Shown: positions 20,512-30,654 of the stretch, one piece after another | Numbering within the stretch: the stretch's first letter is position 1 | Layout: each line of letters starts with the position of its first letter | Assembly: GCA_043783155.1 (NCBI GenBank) | Contig: JAYVZS010000141.1 | Span: 5,428-69,427 of the forward strand | From: Bacteroidota bacterium | Lineage (GTDB): Bacteria; Bacteroidota; Bacteroidia; AKYH767-A; 2013-40CM-41-45 | Length of the DNA: 64,000 nucleotides | Direction of reading: 5' to 3' | Notes under the pieces: generated by a model | Seen by the model: only the letters and a program-made list of their open reading frames with translations | Told to the model about the DNA's origin: nothing | Databases searched by the model: none | Program-made: the position numbers and the translations under genes

Positions 20512-20538
20512 AGACGTTCAGAGATGGACGTCTTTTTT
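20512..20538 (+). terminator. rho-independent terminator after atpC (AGACGT-tcagagatgg-ACGTCT followed by TTTTTT)
   Basis: A 6-7 bp stem with a T-run, 30 nt downstream of the atpC stop. Confidence 0.6.
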
Positions 20539-20709
20539 ATTGGTGGCGATGACCGTTGAATTAACAATACTCCCGTTTGCTAAAAAAATTACCACAGAGA
20601 CATGGAGGACACGAAGAACCATGACACTTTATCAACTAACCTCTATGCTCTCTGTGCCTCCGTGATAAAAAAATATTTATAATAGAGTCCAATGGAATTT
20701 CTATCAACA

Positions 20710-20745
20710 AAAAAACCCATCAGTAAACTACCTGATGGGTTTTTA
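20710..20745. terminator. bidirectional terminator hairpin AAAAACCCATCAG-taaactac-CTGATGGGTTTTT
   Basis: A 9 bp perfect stem (20715-20723 / 20732-20740) flanked by an A-run and a T-run. It lies just downstream of the gldN stop on the minus strand. Confidence 0.7.
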
Positions 20746-20762
20746 TTTAGGAATTGAATGAA

Positions 20763-21614
20763 TCAATATTCCCACATATCATGTTCGAAATTTGTGATTT
20801 CGGTTTTAATTTTTTCCGCTTCAAGCAAAGCATGCAAACCCTGGTAGTAATCTTCTATCCGTCGGTCATATACATTCGATTCTTTGTAGATGTAACTTGA
20901 GAACAATCGTTTCTGAAAGATGTCGTCGAACGATCTTCTCTCTGCATCATTTTCCCGGTTGAACGCTTCCTGGTGTGCAAAAATGCTTCGGGCTTCAGGA
21001 TAGTAAATCCAGAAAAGAGGTTTCTTTGTATTTCCCGGACGAATCGTACCCGATTCATCCACATCGTAAATCAATGGTGCAATTCCGATAATCCTGACAT
21101 CCATCACTGAACGTTGCTTATCAAAAAACCAATCTTCTTTTATCCTGTAAGCTATTACTTTTTCAGGTGAGAACTCTTTTTTAATGAGCGTATCGAACTC
21201 ATCATACGGAGGATCCGGTCGGTTCATTTTAACAGTATCCGTTCTTGCACCACCCTTAGCGGTAATTTTATCGTAGTTTATCGGAAGTGTAAATTCATCA
21301 TCGTCTGCACTGTAAGCAGTCAATGAGCCTTCCTTAATTTTATCGAAAAGCAGATCAATCAGACTCATGCGATCATCAGTTTTAGCGATCGGATACCTGA
21401 ACGGAAGATTAATTTTTTCGTTGAGATCAATGACTCTCCAGATGCGCCGGCTCCACATCACATCGGCTTCGCGCAGATATGGATACGCTAACGGCTCTCT
21501 GCTTTGGGTATGTTCTTTTACAAACACACCATCCAGAACGTTTTGTTGCGCAAATGTAGATCCACCTGTAAGCAGCAGAACAAATGCAAGAACAAATAAG
21601 ATTTTGAATTTCAT
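20763..21614 (-). CDS. gldN: T9SS/gliding motility protein GldN (PorN)
   Basis: It is the last gene of the gldKLMN operon. The signal peptide MKFKILFVLAFVLLLTGGSTFAQ is followed by a conserved GldN N-terminal block (DGVFVKEH...PLAYPYLREADVMWSRRIW). The start is chosen at the ATG at 21614; an alternative start at 21653 exists. Confidence 0.8.
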   Translation of the reverse strand: MKFKILFVLAFVLLLTGGSTFAQQNVLDGVFVKEHTQSREPLAYPYLREADVMWSRRIWRVIDLNEKINLPFRYPIAKTDDRMSLIDLLFDKIKEGSLTAYSADDDEFTLPINYDKITAKGGARTDTVKMNRPDPPYDEFDTLIKKEFSPEKVIAYRIKEDWFFDKQRSVMDVRIIGIAPLIYDVDESGTIRPGNTKKPLFWIYYPEARSIFAHQEAFNRENDAERRSFDDIFQKRLFSSYIYKESNVYDRRIEDYYQGLHALLEAEKIKTEITNFEHDMWEY

Positions 21615-21639
21615 TTTTACCTCCTTAGTCAGCATGAAA

Positions 21640-23292
21640 TTATTGAATGACAAAACTCATTGGTGACAAACTACGCGTAGACTGATCTGCGCCTGTCGCC
21701 ATTTTCGCTTTAATGTATTCGATATAAACTTTAGATCCTCCGCGTAACTTTGAAACTGCATCACGCATAGGTTGCGTTAACTGGTTACCTTGTCCTTCTA
21801 TTTCAATCGGATCTTTTCCTACCTGAATGATGGTGATTTTAAACGAGATGATTTTGAAGAACAACTCAAAGTCGAAATTCTCAAGTTTAGGAATCAATGT
21901 TCCGGCAGCAAGCAGGTTTTTATTAATCGGTCCTCCTTTGCTGTTAGAAATTTCTGCAACAGGATCGGGAACACGTTTTACACGATACGGGAAACTACCC
22001 ATCGGTGTTGCTTTTCCTCCGATTTCAGCAGATACTTTTATCGTTGACGTTCCAACAGTAGTTACATTCATAAAATAGTGACCAGCACCACCTGTTGCAG
22101 TGGTATTTGGTCTATAAGAGCCACCACCGCCTTCAATGGAAACTTTTACTTTATCATTTGAAACACCTGGAACTGAAATCGCCATCGGGTTATCCACACC
22201 AATATACAATACATTCATCTTTTCCGCGGCAACAACTGAATTTGGTTTTTGCGCTATGTAAGAAGATGAGAAAGGATAATGTTTATACGTTCCATCCGGT
22301 TTCTTTACGCGTATAATTCCACTCCATTTTTTTTCTCCTTCTGAACCCGGGTGATCCGTATAAATCGCGTAGTCACCATCAATCGGTAATGCTTTAGCAT
22401 CACAACCGTTACACTTGTCGCCTTTTTCATCCGTAGAAGCATTCATAAATACTTCCGGCTTCATGGTCGAAGAAGTAGCTGAAAGAAAAACTTTTGCCTG
22501 GAAATCACTACCGATTGTCACGACCGTGCTATTCGGAATTACTTCTGCGTTAAACGTATTTAGCTTGATAACATTTTTATCCACTGAAGAAAGTAATTCA
22601 TCCGTTACGTGTGATTCAGCATTCCGAACATCACTTTGATATTTTGTAAGAAGAGCTTCCGTTGCCACAACAGGGTTGTGATAAAAGTTAAACATTTCCC
22701 ATGTTCTTTTTCCTTCACTCTTATAAGCTTCACTTTTCGGGTCCGGGTCTTGTGTTGAAAGCAATACATTAAGACTTTGCTCATATTCCTTCTCTGAACC
22801 AACAGGAGCATTCGCGACAATTGTTTTCTTCAGTTGATCTATCAGTCCTTTCAAACGGGTCGCTTCTTTTCCTTTTCCATCGTGTTCAGAGCCGCACATG
22901 TATGTTGTAGGGATGTCGTAATTTTCTTTACTGTCCATGTCCTTCAACTCGGGAGTTGGTTTCCCCTTTTCAATACCATCCGCCTGCCTGATCAGTTTAT
23001 CCTTTATATCCTGGATATTCTTTACCAACTCGTCTGCTGCCTTTTTAATATTGGTTGCCTTCGCGTTTACAGCACTATATTTAGCTGCATCCACTTCCAT
23101 CGCTTTTTGAAAAGCCAGATAAGTAACCTGGTTCTTCTTCTCAATATTGCCTTTAGAAAGTTCGATACTGTCATTGATGGTAACGAACGCATTGATTACT
23201 TCCTTTGTTATATTAAGAGCCAACAGAGCCGTCAACACGAGGTACATCATGTTGATCATCTTCTGCCGGGGGCTTAGTTTTCCGCCTGCCAT
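21640..23292 (-). CDS. gldM: T9SS/gliding motility protein GldM (PorM)
   Basis: The N-terminus MAGGKLSPRQKMINMMYLVLTALLALN, with a single TM helix followed by a large periplasmic region, is the characteristic GldM start. Confidence 0.85.
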   Translation of the reverse strand: MAGGKLSPRQKMINMMYLVLTALLALNITKEVINAFVTINDSIELSKGNIEKKNQVTYLAFQKAMEVDAAKYSAVNAKATNIKKAADELVKNIQDIKDKLIRQADGIEKGKPTPELKDMDSKENYDIPTTYMCGSEHDGKGKEATRLKGLIDQLKKTIVANAPVGSEKEYEQSLNVLLSTQDPDPKSEAYKSEGKRTWEMFNFYHNPVVATEALLTKYQSDVRNAESHVTDELLSSVDKNVIKLNTFNAEVIPNSTVVTIGSDFQAKVFLSATSSTMKPEVFMNASTDEKGDKCNGCDAKALPIDGDYAIYTDHPGSEGEKKWSGIIRVKKPDGTYKHYPFSSSYIAQKPNSVVAAEKMNVLYIGVDNPMAISVPGVSNDKVKVSIEGGGGSYRPNTTATGGAGHYFMNVTTVGTSTIKVSAEIGGKATPMGSFPYRVKRVPDPVAEISNSKGGPINKNLLAAGTLIPKLENFDFELFFKIISFKITIIQVGKDPIEIEGQGNQLTQPMRDAVSKLRGGSKVYIEYIKAKMATGADQSTRSLSPMSFVIQ

Positions 23293-23350
23293 ATTCGTGG
23301 TGTGTTTGTGGTTGAGTGGTTAATTTTGTTGATGTGGTAAGAACTGTTGA

Positions 23351-24166
23351 TTACGATTTAAGTGTCATTGCTGACAACATGTTACCATAAACAGTATTGA
23401 GCTGAGACAGATTCTTAGCCAACATAGCAACTTCATCACGATATTTCTTGGTATCATCAAGGGAAGAATTCAGGTTCGACATCAAATCATTGATGCCTTC
23501 ATAGAACTTACCTGTTTGTTTCAAATGTTCGCTGGAATCCTGAAGTTGTAATTCATATACAGCATTCAAAGCAGCGAGGTTTTTACCAGCAGACGTTACC
23601 TGATCTTTGTACACACGTACGTCATCAGAAGAAGAAGCAAGCTGATCAACGGCCTGCGCAGCTTTTGTATAAGAAGAAGACATATCACTTATTGATTGTG
23701 AAGCTTTGCCTACATTCTTGATATAATCATCCGTTGCAACAGTAGCATCGCTCAGGTCAGCGAGTTTACTTGTGTTATCGCCCAATGATTTTAAACCCGT
23801 CCCCAAACTCTGAATCAGATCAGGACCTATATTGGCATCGGCCAGAAGTTTATCCATGTATTGAGCAATGGGATCTTTACCACCGGCATTCTTTTTCTTT
23901 CTTCTGTCCATTTCAGATTCATCCTGCATTCCTGCAAGTTCAGGATATACAAGCGACCAATCCACGTCCTCATGTGGCGGTTCAAACGCAGAGAAAAAGA
24001 AGATGACTGCTTCTGTTCCAAGTCCTACTGTGAGCGCAATTCCGGCTCCCGGTAAGTGTTGAATTTTAAATAAGGCTCCAACGATTACGACAGCTGCTCC
24101 CCATCCGTATAACCTGGCCATAAATTTTTTGAAATTTTTACTTTGCGTTAATTCCGTAAGTCCCAT
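23351..24166 (-). CDS. gldL: T9SS/gliding motility protein GldL (PorL)
   Basis: There are two N-terminal TM helices (GAAVVIVGALFKI...TVGLGTEAVIFFFSAFEP), then the block DVDWSLVYPELAG and a cytoplasmic coiled region. This matches GldL. Confidence 0.85.
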   Translation of the reverse strand: MGLTELTQSKNFKKFMARLYGWGAAVVIVGALFKIQHLPGAGIALTVGLGTEAVIFFFSAFEPPHEDVDWSLVYPELAGMQDESEMDRRKKKNAGGKDPIAQYMDKLLADANIGPDLIQSLGTGLKSLGDNTSKLADLSDATVATDDYIKNVGKASQSISDMSSSYTKAAQAVDQLASSSDDVRVYKDQVTSAGKNLAALNAVYELQLQDSSEHLKQTGKFYEGINDLMSNLNSSLDDTKKYRDEVAMLAKNLSQLNTVYGNMLSAMTLKS

Positions 24167-24273
24167 AGTGAAATTAAGTTTGTGGTGTTAATCTGGTTAG
24201 ACAATAATAAATAATGCTGAATTAAATTGTTGATTCAGTTGATGATTAAATAAATACAATGTGGAGAATAATC

Positions 24274-25560
24274 CTAGTAATCTGCTTTATCTCTCCCTAA
24301 GAAACTCATGACACAACGAAAACCAATGTAACATTTTGCTGTATCCTGATACTCGTAAGAACGAGTGCCGGTTTGTAAATAATAACCGACATCTTTCCAT
24401 GAACCCCCTCTGATAACTTTTCTTTTCATAGCCGGCAGATCTGTTTCCTTGGCTTCGTACTCATAATCTGTACTTACATCATGTGTGAAGCTATATGCCG
24501 ACTCATCGTATGCGTTGCTTGTCCATTCTGAAACGTTTCCTGCCATGCAATACAGACCGTAATCATTCGGCCAGTAAGAAGTGGCTTTCACCGTGTATAC
24601 TCCACCATCATCCATGTAATTTCCGCGCATCGGTTTGAAGTTTCCAAGAAAACAACCACGGCTGTTACGAATATACGGACCTCCCCAAGGATACGGAGAT
24701 AAATCCAGACCTCCTCGCGCCGCATATTCCCATTCCGCTTCAGAAGGTAATCTGAAATCCTGGGTGTATGCTTCGCCGCTCTCTGCAAGGTAACTGCTTA
24801 ATAACTGGGTTCTCCAGATACAAAATGCACGCGCCTGTTTCCAGTTCACTCCTACGACAGGATAATCATCGTATGCCGGATGCCAGAAATACATTTGAGT
24901 TAACGGCTCATGATATGAATACACGTAATCAGCGATCCATGCTAATGTATCAGGATAAACATTTAAGATGTCTTTTTTGATGAAGACCGAACGGTCCTTC
25001 ATTCCTTGTTCGCGGTTGCCTTTCTGAGCGGCAGCACGTAAGTCGATCCAGTAATATTCAAAATTCAATTTACGGGTATCAATTTCTTTTCTCTTGTAAA
25101 AACGCTCTGTTTCAGGAAGGAAAAGTTCTGCAAGCGTTTCAACATTGGCTTCTTCATCCCACTTAATTTTTGCTCTCCAGTTAATGTGCTCACCGTATTC
25201 ACCTTCATCCACGAGATGTTCTCCTCCAAGTAAACGATGCGCCAGAGAATCTTTCACCCAGTCAACGAACTGTCGGTATTCATTGTTTGTAATTTCAGTA
25301 TTGTCCATGTAAAACGCAGGAACGGTTACCGTTTTTCCCTGTGAAGTGATGGAATAGGAAATATCCTGATCACTTGGTCCCATATTGAATGATCCGGCAG
25401 GAATGTAAACCATTCCGTATGGATCAGCCTGATACCATTTCTCGCGATGCGGAGAGCCGGTGAGTTCACCCTTATTTCCGCTTTTACATCCCGCCACGAT
25501 TAGCAGAACAAGTGAGAAGATAAAAGGATATCTTCTTAGTTCTGTTAGTTTCTGAATCAT
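24274..25560 (-). CDS. gldK: T9SS/gliding motility lipoprotein GldK (PorK), formylglycine-generating-enzyme (SUMF1) fold
   Basis: A lipoprotein signal (LVLLIVAGCKSG) is followed by an FGE-sulfatase-like domain (RLPSEAEWEYAARGG...IRGGSWKD). Confidence 0.85.
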   Translation of the reverse strand: MIQKLTELRRYPFIFSLVLLIVAGCKSGNKGELTGSPHREKWYQADPYGMVYIPAGSFNMGPSDQDISYSITSQGKTVTVPAFYMDNTEITNNEYRQFVDWVKDSLAHRLLGGEHLVDEGEYGEHINWRAKIKWDEEANVETLAELFLPETERFYKRKEIDTRKLNFEYYWIDLRAAAQKGNREQGMKDRSVFIKKDILNVYPDTLAWIADYVYSYHEPLTQMYFWHPAYDDYPVVGVNWKQARAFCIWRTQLLSSYLAESGEAYTQDFRLPSEAEWEYAARGGLDLSPYPWGGPYIRNSRGCFLGNFKPMRGNYMDDGGVYTVKATSYWPNDYGLYCMAGNVSEWTSNAYDESAYSFTHDVSTDYEYEAKETDLPAMKRKVIRGGSWKDVGYYLQTGTRSYEYQDTAKCYIGFRCVMSFLGRDKADY

Positions 25561-25721
25561 TTGACTTGGGGCTTAATATTATTTGTGAACTGAATAAGTT
25601 TACCAAACGAACCTAATAAATCTTTATTGTGTCCATTTAAATGTGAACTACTTTAACGCCTTGCTACTATATATAGTTTCAACAAATTTAACCTGTATCC
25701 CTGCAGGTTATTCTCTAATTA

Positions 25722-26669
25722 TCAGAGGAATCTTACATTTCTGTGGAACTGGCGAATGATGTGTTTCACCGGCTTGAAGCAATATCCAACCATTATTTCA
25801 TGCGTTCCGCTGCTGTACGTTCCTCCAAGATCTGATGTTGTAAAATCGTATGAGTAACCGAACTTAAGACCAGGAACTCCCGGTATGTCCTGGATACCGA
25901 TCATAATGACAATCGCATCCTGTAAACGATATGATAAACCTGCCCAATATTTACTGTCGATCATCAGGTTTGCATTGATGTCAACCTGCGTAGAAGCTGC
26001 ATCTGTTTTAACAAGGAGTGATGGTTGCAATTCAAGCGAAGAAGTAAGACCCAGTTTATAACCACCCTGCAGATAATAATGTCTTGCAAGTTTTGTTTTA
26101 ATATTACCGTATTTAATAGTGCCGGCTGGTAAATGCGAAGAAGACAGACCGACATATAATTTATCCGTGTTATAGTAAGCACCGAATCCCGCATCGAATG
26201 TGCTGCCATTTACGTTAACTGCACCCGTATTGGGATCTCCCGGAATACTCGGATCGTTTTTATCACTCGCTACAAATACACCGTTTATACCTTTTTGCAT
26301 CAATCCTAATTCAGGACCGATACCTAATTTACCTGCACCAAGATCCATCCGATATGCAAACGCTAATTTCACAGCTAAGTTTTTCTGAAAACCAATTTGT
26401 TCTGACATGACAGTGAGACCAATTCCACTGCTGATGTCTTCAATGTATGCATCACCGGTAAACAAAAAAGTTTTTGGTTCTCCGCCGAAACCTGTCCACT
26501 GATTACGGTACAAAAGTGTTCCGCAATATGCTCCGTTTGCTCCTGCAAAACCAGGATTCACCGCCAGTTTGGTAAACATGTTCTGACTGAACTGTGGGTC
26601 CTGCTGAGCCCATGCCGTAAAACCGGTTCCAAAAACAATCAGTGTTAAAACAATGTATAATTTTCTCAT
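25722..26669 (-). CDS. porP: T9SS membrane protein PorP/SprF family
   Basis: After the signal peptide comes QQDPQFSQNMFTKLAVNPGFAG, the signature opening of the PorP/SprF family. The gene lies immediately upstream of gldK. Confidence 0.8.
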   Translation of the reverse strand: MRKLYIVLTLIVFGTGFTAWAQQDPQFSQNMFTKLAVNPGFAGANGAYCGTLLYRNQWTGFGGEPKTFLFTGDAYIEDISSGIGLTVMSEQIGFQKNLAVKLAFAYRMDLGAGKLGIGPELGLMQKGINGVFVASDKNDPSIPGDPNTGAVNVNGSTFDAGFGAYYNTDKLYVGLSSSHLPAGTIKYGNIKTKLARHYYLQGGYKLGLTSSLELQPSLLVKTDAASTQVDINANLMIDSKYWAGLSYRLQDAIVIMIGIQDIPGVPGLKFGYSYDFTTSDLGGTYSSGTHEIMVGYCFKPVKHIIRQFHRNVRFL

Positions 26670-26848
26670 GTGTCGGGTTAGTGTTTTTTCGTAAAAGAGA
26701 ACTGATACTCCGGGATAATTTATCTAAGAGCGGGTAAAGTAAGTAAAAATAAAAAATAAAAACAAAATTTTTTTCAGCGCCTCAATGTTAATATTAAGAG
26801 GATCGTTTCACTTGTTACTTGATTTCTGACTTCTTCCTGACAAAACTA

Positions 26849-28018
26849 TTAGCTGATCTTCTGAAATGACTGCCACCAACGTTCCGGCATCTCATCTTTG
26901 CACGCTGTTTCGTAATCCTTGTAAGAACAAGGCACGAGGTGATGACGATGGTATTTTACCTTCGCATTCGGATACGGAACTTCCATCCACCAGCGGCTGC
27001 TTTTCTCACTCTTATAAAAAACAATTTCATGCTCCGATTTTTTCAACGACACACGGTATTTTACAAATCCCGACTTACTTGAAACCGGTAATTCCTTTTT
27101 ACGGTGATAATACCCGTCGATAAAATACCACATCATCTGGGCAATGAGGTGTGATGTCTGATCATGATTGTCGAACAACGGATTCGCTTCGTAAAACCCG
27201 ATCGATGTAAGCTTATCACTGAGGCCGGCATACCGAACAATCTGGCAGGCTTCTTCTCCGTAAAATCCATTGGGTGATGCATTGCCGTTTCCGGGTGCAT
27301 CCGACTGGCGAATAGCCGTCATGTCAAAACTCAAAATGTCTGCATTTCTTACAATGGGTTCCACTTCCTCCAGGTCTTTTCTCACCTGCCCCAGCCGGTA
27401 TGCATCAAAAAAAAGTTTATCCATTAATTCGATCTGGTCGTTGCCGACGAAATAAGTCTGGTAACCGATGTTGCTGAAGTTAAAAAGGAAGTTCGGCTCG
27501 TGCAGAATTATTTTTCCGAGATAGGTATTGGCGCGAATCTCTTCTTCGGTAGAACCTAAATCAAACTTCGCATCTACCGAAACAATGTTTACGGTTTCCT
27601 CTAATTGCTGATACGCTACATATTGAGCATAAGTGAGGTCCTGGCTTCCGCCGAGAATAACAGGAAGAATTCCTTCTTTCAGCAATTCAATCATGATGGA
27701 CGACAAAGCCGCATACGTATCTTTTAATGTTTCACCGAGGATAATATTTCCGAGATCAACAACCTGGTAAGGATGTTTGGATTTTTTCAGCTGATAAAAT
27801 TTTTCGCGGATGATGTCGGGAGCTTTCCCACAACCGTCATTGTAAACGGATCCGCGATCTTCTTCCACACCGATTAAAGCAAGCTGGCAATCGCTGCGGT
27901 CAGGAAATTTTTCAACGTCAAGAAATTTTTTCACAACGCTTCCCATCACCGTTTTACGGTCTTCATACACGTCAAATCTTGATCTGTCGAGTGGCTTAAA
28001 GAAAACGGATATATCCAA
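26849..28018 (-). CDS. arginase/agmatinase/formimidoylglutamase-family metallohydrolase
   Basis: It has the ureohydrolase fold pattern (…SFDMTAIRQSDAPG…, with D/H-rich metal ligands). The assignment is moderately secure. Confidence 0.55.
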   Translation of the reverse strand: MDISVFFKPLDRSRFDVYEDRKTVMGSVVKKFLDVEKFPDRSDCQLALIGVEEDRGSVYNDGCGKAPDIIREKFYQLKKSKHPYQVVDLGNIILGETLKDTYAALSSIMIELLKEGILPVILGGSQDLTYAQYVAYQQLEETVNIVSVDAKFDLGSTEEEIRANTYLGKIILHEPNFLFNFSNIGYQTYFVGNDQIELMDKLFFDAYRLGQVRKDLEEVEPIVRNADILSFDMTAIRQSDAPGNGNASPNGFYGEEACQIVRYAGLSDKLTSIGFYEANPLFDNHDQTSHLIAQMMWYFIDGYYHRKKELPVSSKSGFVKYRVSLKKSEHEIVFYKSEKSSRWWMEVPYPNAKVKYHRHHLVPCSYKDYETACKDEMPERWWQSFQKIS

Positions 28019-28030
28019 CGGAGAAGGGTT

Positions 28031-28134
28031 TTAGAGACGCAAGATTTTGCGTCATTGTTGAGGCGCAATATTTTGCGTCTTTGCTGAGACGCAAGATGTT
28101 GCGTCTTTGTTGAGACGCAAGATGTTGCGTCTTT
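28031..28134. repeat. four tandem ~26 bp palindromic units (consensus TTGAGACGCAAGATGTTGCGTCTTT; half-sites AGACGCAA/TTGCGTCT) between the topA stop and the start of the arginase-family gene
   Basis: The units start at 28031, 28056, 28083 and 28109. The last two are identical except for the first base. Each unit is a self-complementary 8-4-8 hairpin. Confidence 0.75.
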
Positions 28135-30631
28135 ACTTTTTCTTTGTCGCTGCTTTCTTGACCGGAGCTTTCTTTGCTGTTGGTTTTGCGGAGGCCGCTT
28201 TTTTTGTCGGGACGGCAATGTCTTCAACCGTTTCGACTTTTTTAGTTCCGAACGATTTTTTTGCACCGAAACCTTTGTTCGCGAATCCTCCTCCGCCTTT
28301 ATTTCCGAAACTCTTCTTGCCCCACTTCTTGGGTTCAGGAGCATTGGCAACGAGTTCATAAATTTCAGGCAGCGTGAGCGACTTCGGATCTTTATCTTTC
28401 GGAATTTTTACATTCTTATCTTTCACCGCGATGTATGGTCCCCAGCGGCCATTCAACACCTGCACTTCTTTGTCTTCATCAAATACCTTGATGATTTTTT
28501 CGGCCTGTGCTTTTCTCTTTTCTTCAATCAATTCAACCGTACGTTCAAGTGTTACAGTATACGGATCGTCTTCTTTCTTCAATGAAACAAATACATCTTT
28601 GTGTTTTGCATACGGCCCAAAACGACCGATGGCAACGGTGATGTCTGCCTCTTCATATTGACCAACCATTCTCGGCAATTTGAAAAGGTCAATCGCTTCT
28701 TCAAATGTAATCGTCTCAATACGCTGATTCGGCCGAAGCTTCGCGTAACGCGCTTTCTCCGCTTTACCTGCTTCAATTTCTTCCGTGGTTCCGATTTGCG
28801 CCATCGGTCCGAATTTTCCAACGCGTACTAATAAAGTAAGTCCGCTTGCAGGATCTTTACCCAGAATTTTTTCTCCCGAAACACGCTCCGACGTTTCTGT
28901 TGTCACCTCCACTGTTTTATGAAACGGATCATAAAATTCCTTGATCATCTTCTGCCATTTCAAGTCACCGTTGGCAATGTCATCGAATTCTTTCTCCACG
29001 TAAGCCGTAAAATTATAATCGAGAATTTCTTTAAAATTAAGAACGAGGAAATCAGTCACCAGCATGCCGATGTCTGTCGGGAACAATTTATTTTTTTCAG
29101 CGCCTGTATTTTCAGTTTTCTTCTCACTCTTTATTTTATTATCCTTCAGCGTGATCACATCATAATGACGTTCTCTTCCTTCACGTTCTTCTTTCACCAC
29201 ATATCCTCTTTTCTGAACAGTGGAAATAGTTGGAGCGTAAGTAGAAGGCCGGCCGATGCCAAGCTCTTCTAATTTTTTTACGAGCGATGCTTCCGTGTAA
29301 CGTGCAGACGGGTGTGTGAACCGCTCTGTGGCCGTGGCTTCCATCAGTTTCAGATTATCACCGATGTTCATGGCCGGCATGATTCCTTCTTTTGTTTCTT
29401 CATCGTCATCATCGGTATCGGAACTTTCCATGTACACTTTCAGGAACCCATCGAACTTGATAACTTCCCCGGTTGCAACCAGTTCATCTTTTGATTGAGA
29501 AGATGAAATAGTGACGACTGTTTTCTCCAATACTGCATCAGCCATCTGAGAAGCCAATGTTCTTTTGCGGATGAGATCATACAACCGCTGATCGCGCGAA
29601 TCACCGTCTACAGATTCAACAGCCATATCAGTAGGACGAATGGCTTCGTGAGCTTCCTGCGCCGACGCCTGTTTGGTTTTGTATTGATGAATTTCTACGT
29701 ATTTTTCTCCGTAGTTGGAAGTGATCACTTTCTTCGCCATGTCGAGCGCATCCTGCGAAAGACTTACCGAGTCCGTTCTCATGTAAGAAATTTTTCCGCT
29801 CTCATACAGCTTCTGCGCAATCACCATCGTTTGAGAAACTGAGTAGCCAAGTTTACGGCTGGCTTCCTGCTGTAAAGTAGAAGTAGTAAACGGTGCCGAC
29901 GGAGATTTTTTTCCGGGCTTCACTTCAAGATTTTTCACTTTGAAATCGGCCCCGATACAACTCTTCAGAAATTCTTCGGCTTCTTCTTTCGTCTTAACTT
30001 TTTTCGGAAGTTCCGCTTTGAATGTCTTTCCGTTCACTTCAAAAATTGCGACTACCTTATAAGAAGAAGTAATTTTGAATGAGTCGATCTCGCGTTCACG
30101 TTCAACCACCAGACGTACGGTAACAGATTGAACACGACCGGCAGAAAGCGACGGACGAACTTTTTTCCACAACACCGGCGAAAGTTCAAAACCGACTAAG
30201 CGATCGAGAACACGACGCGCTTGTTGAGCATCCACAAGATGTTTATCAATGGTGCGTGGATTTTCGATCGCAGCAAGAATCGCTTTTTTTGTGATCTCAT
30301 GAAATACAATTCGTTTTGTAGAATTCTCTTTCAGGCCAAGTGCTTCAAACAAATGCCATGAGATGGCTTCACCTTCGCGATCCTCATCCGTTGCCAGCCA
30401 AACCACTTCGGCTTTCTTCACAAGTTTTTGTAATTCTTTGATGACATCTTCCTTTTCAGGACTGATTTCATACACAGGTTCAAAATTATTCTTGATGTTG
30501 ATCCCCATTCCGCTCTTCACTAAATCGCGCACATGCCCATAGCTCGACTTCACGGTGTAATCGGATCCGAGGTATCCTTCAATCGTTTTTGCTTTGGCAG
30601 GTGACTCTACTATTACGAGATTTTTTGACAT
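28133..30631 (-). CDS. topA: DNA topoisomerase I with a lysine-rich C-terminal tail
   Basis: The TOPRIM N-terminus MSKNLVIVESPAKAKTIEGYLG is present and the active-site Tyr region is conserved. The protein is 832 aa and ends in a K/A-rich tail. Confidence 0.95.
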   Translation of the reverse strand: MSKNLVIVESPAKAKTIEGYLGSDYTVKSSYGHVRDLVKSGMGINIKNNFEPVYEISPEKEDVIKELQKLVKKAEVVWLATDEDREGEAISWHLFEALGLKENSTKRIVFHEITKKAILAAIENPRTIDKHLVDAQQARRVLDRLVGFELSPVLWKKVRPSLSAGRVQSVTVRLVVEREREIDSFKITSSYKVVAIFEVNGKTFKAELPKKVKTKEEAEEFLKSCIGADFKVKNLEVKPGKKSPSAPFTTSTLQQEASRKLGYSVSQTMVIAQKLYESGKISYMRTDSVSLSQDALDMAKKVITSNYGEKYVEIHQYKTKQASAQEAHEAIRPTDMAVESVDGDSRDQRLYDLIRKRTLASQMADAVLEKTVVTISSSQSKDELVATGEVIKFDGFLKVYMESSDTDDDDEETKEGIMPAMNIGDNLKLMEATATERFTHPSARYTEASLVKKLEELGIGRPSTYAPTISTVQKRGYVVKEEREGRERHYDVITLKDNKIKSEKKTENTGAEKNKLFPTDIGMLVTDFLVLNFKEILDYNFTAYVEKEFDDIANGDLKWQKMIKEFYDPFHKTVEVTTETSERVSGEKILGKDPASGLTLLVRVGKFGPMAQIGTTEEIEAGKAEKARYAKLRPNQRIETITFEEAIDLFKLPRMVGQYEEADITVAIGRFGPYAKHKDVFVSLKKEDDPYTVTLERTVELIEEKRKAQAEKIIKVFDEDKEVQVLNGRWGPYIAVKDKNVKIPKDKDPKSLTLPEIYELVANAPEPKKWGKKSFGNKGGGGFANKGFGAKKSFGTKKVETVEDIAVPTKKAASAKPTAKKAPVKKAATKKK

Positions 30632-30654
30632 TCTTTTTTAGATGTAAGTGGTTA

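Noticed and set aside
20580-20680. Possible hairpin CACAGAGACATGGAGG ... CTCTCTGTGCCTCCGTG after atpC
   Set aside because: The two halves are complementary but arranged A-B ... A'-B' rather than A-B ... B'-A', so they cannot form a simple stem-loop. They are probably a vestigial or direct-repeat feature.
28031-28134. Possible CRISPR array (regularly spaced repeats)
   Set aside because: The units are contiguous with no unique spacers, each unit is itself a palindrome, and there are no cas genes. It is a REP/BIME-like tandem palindrome array, not a CRISPR.
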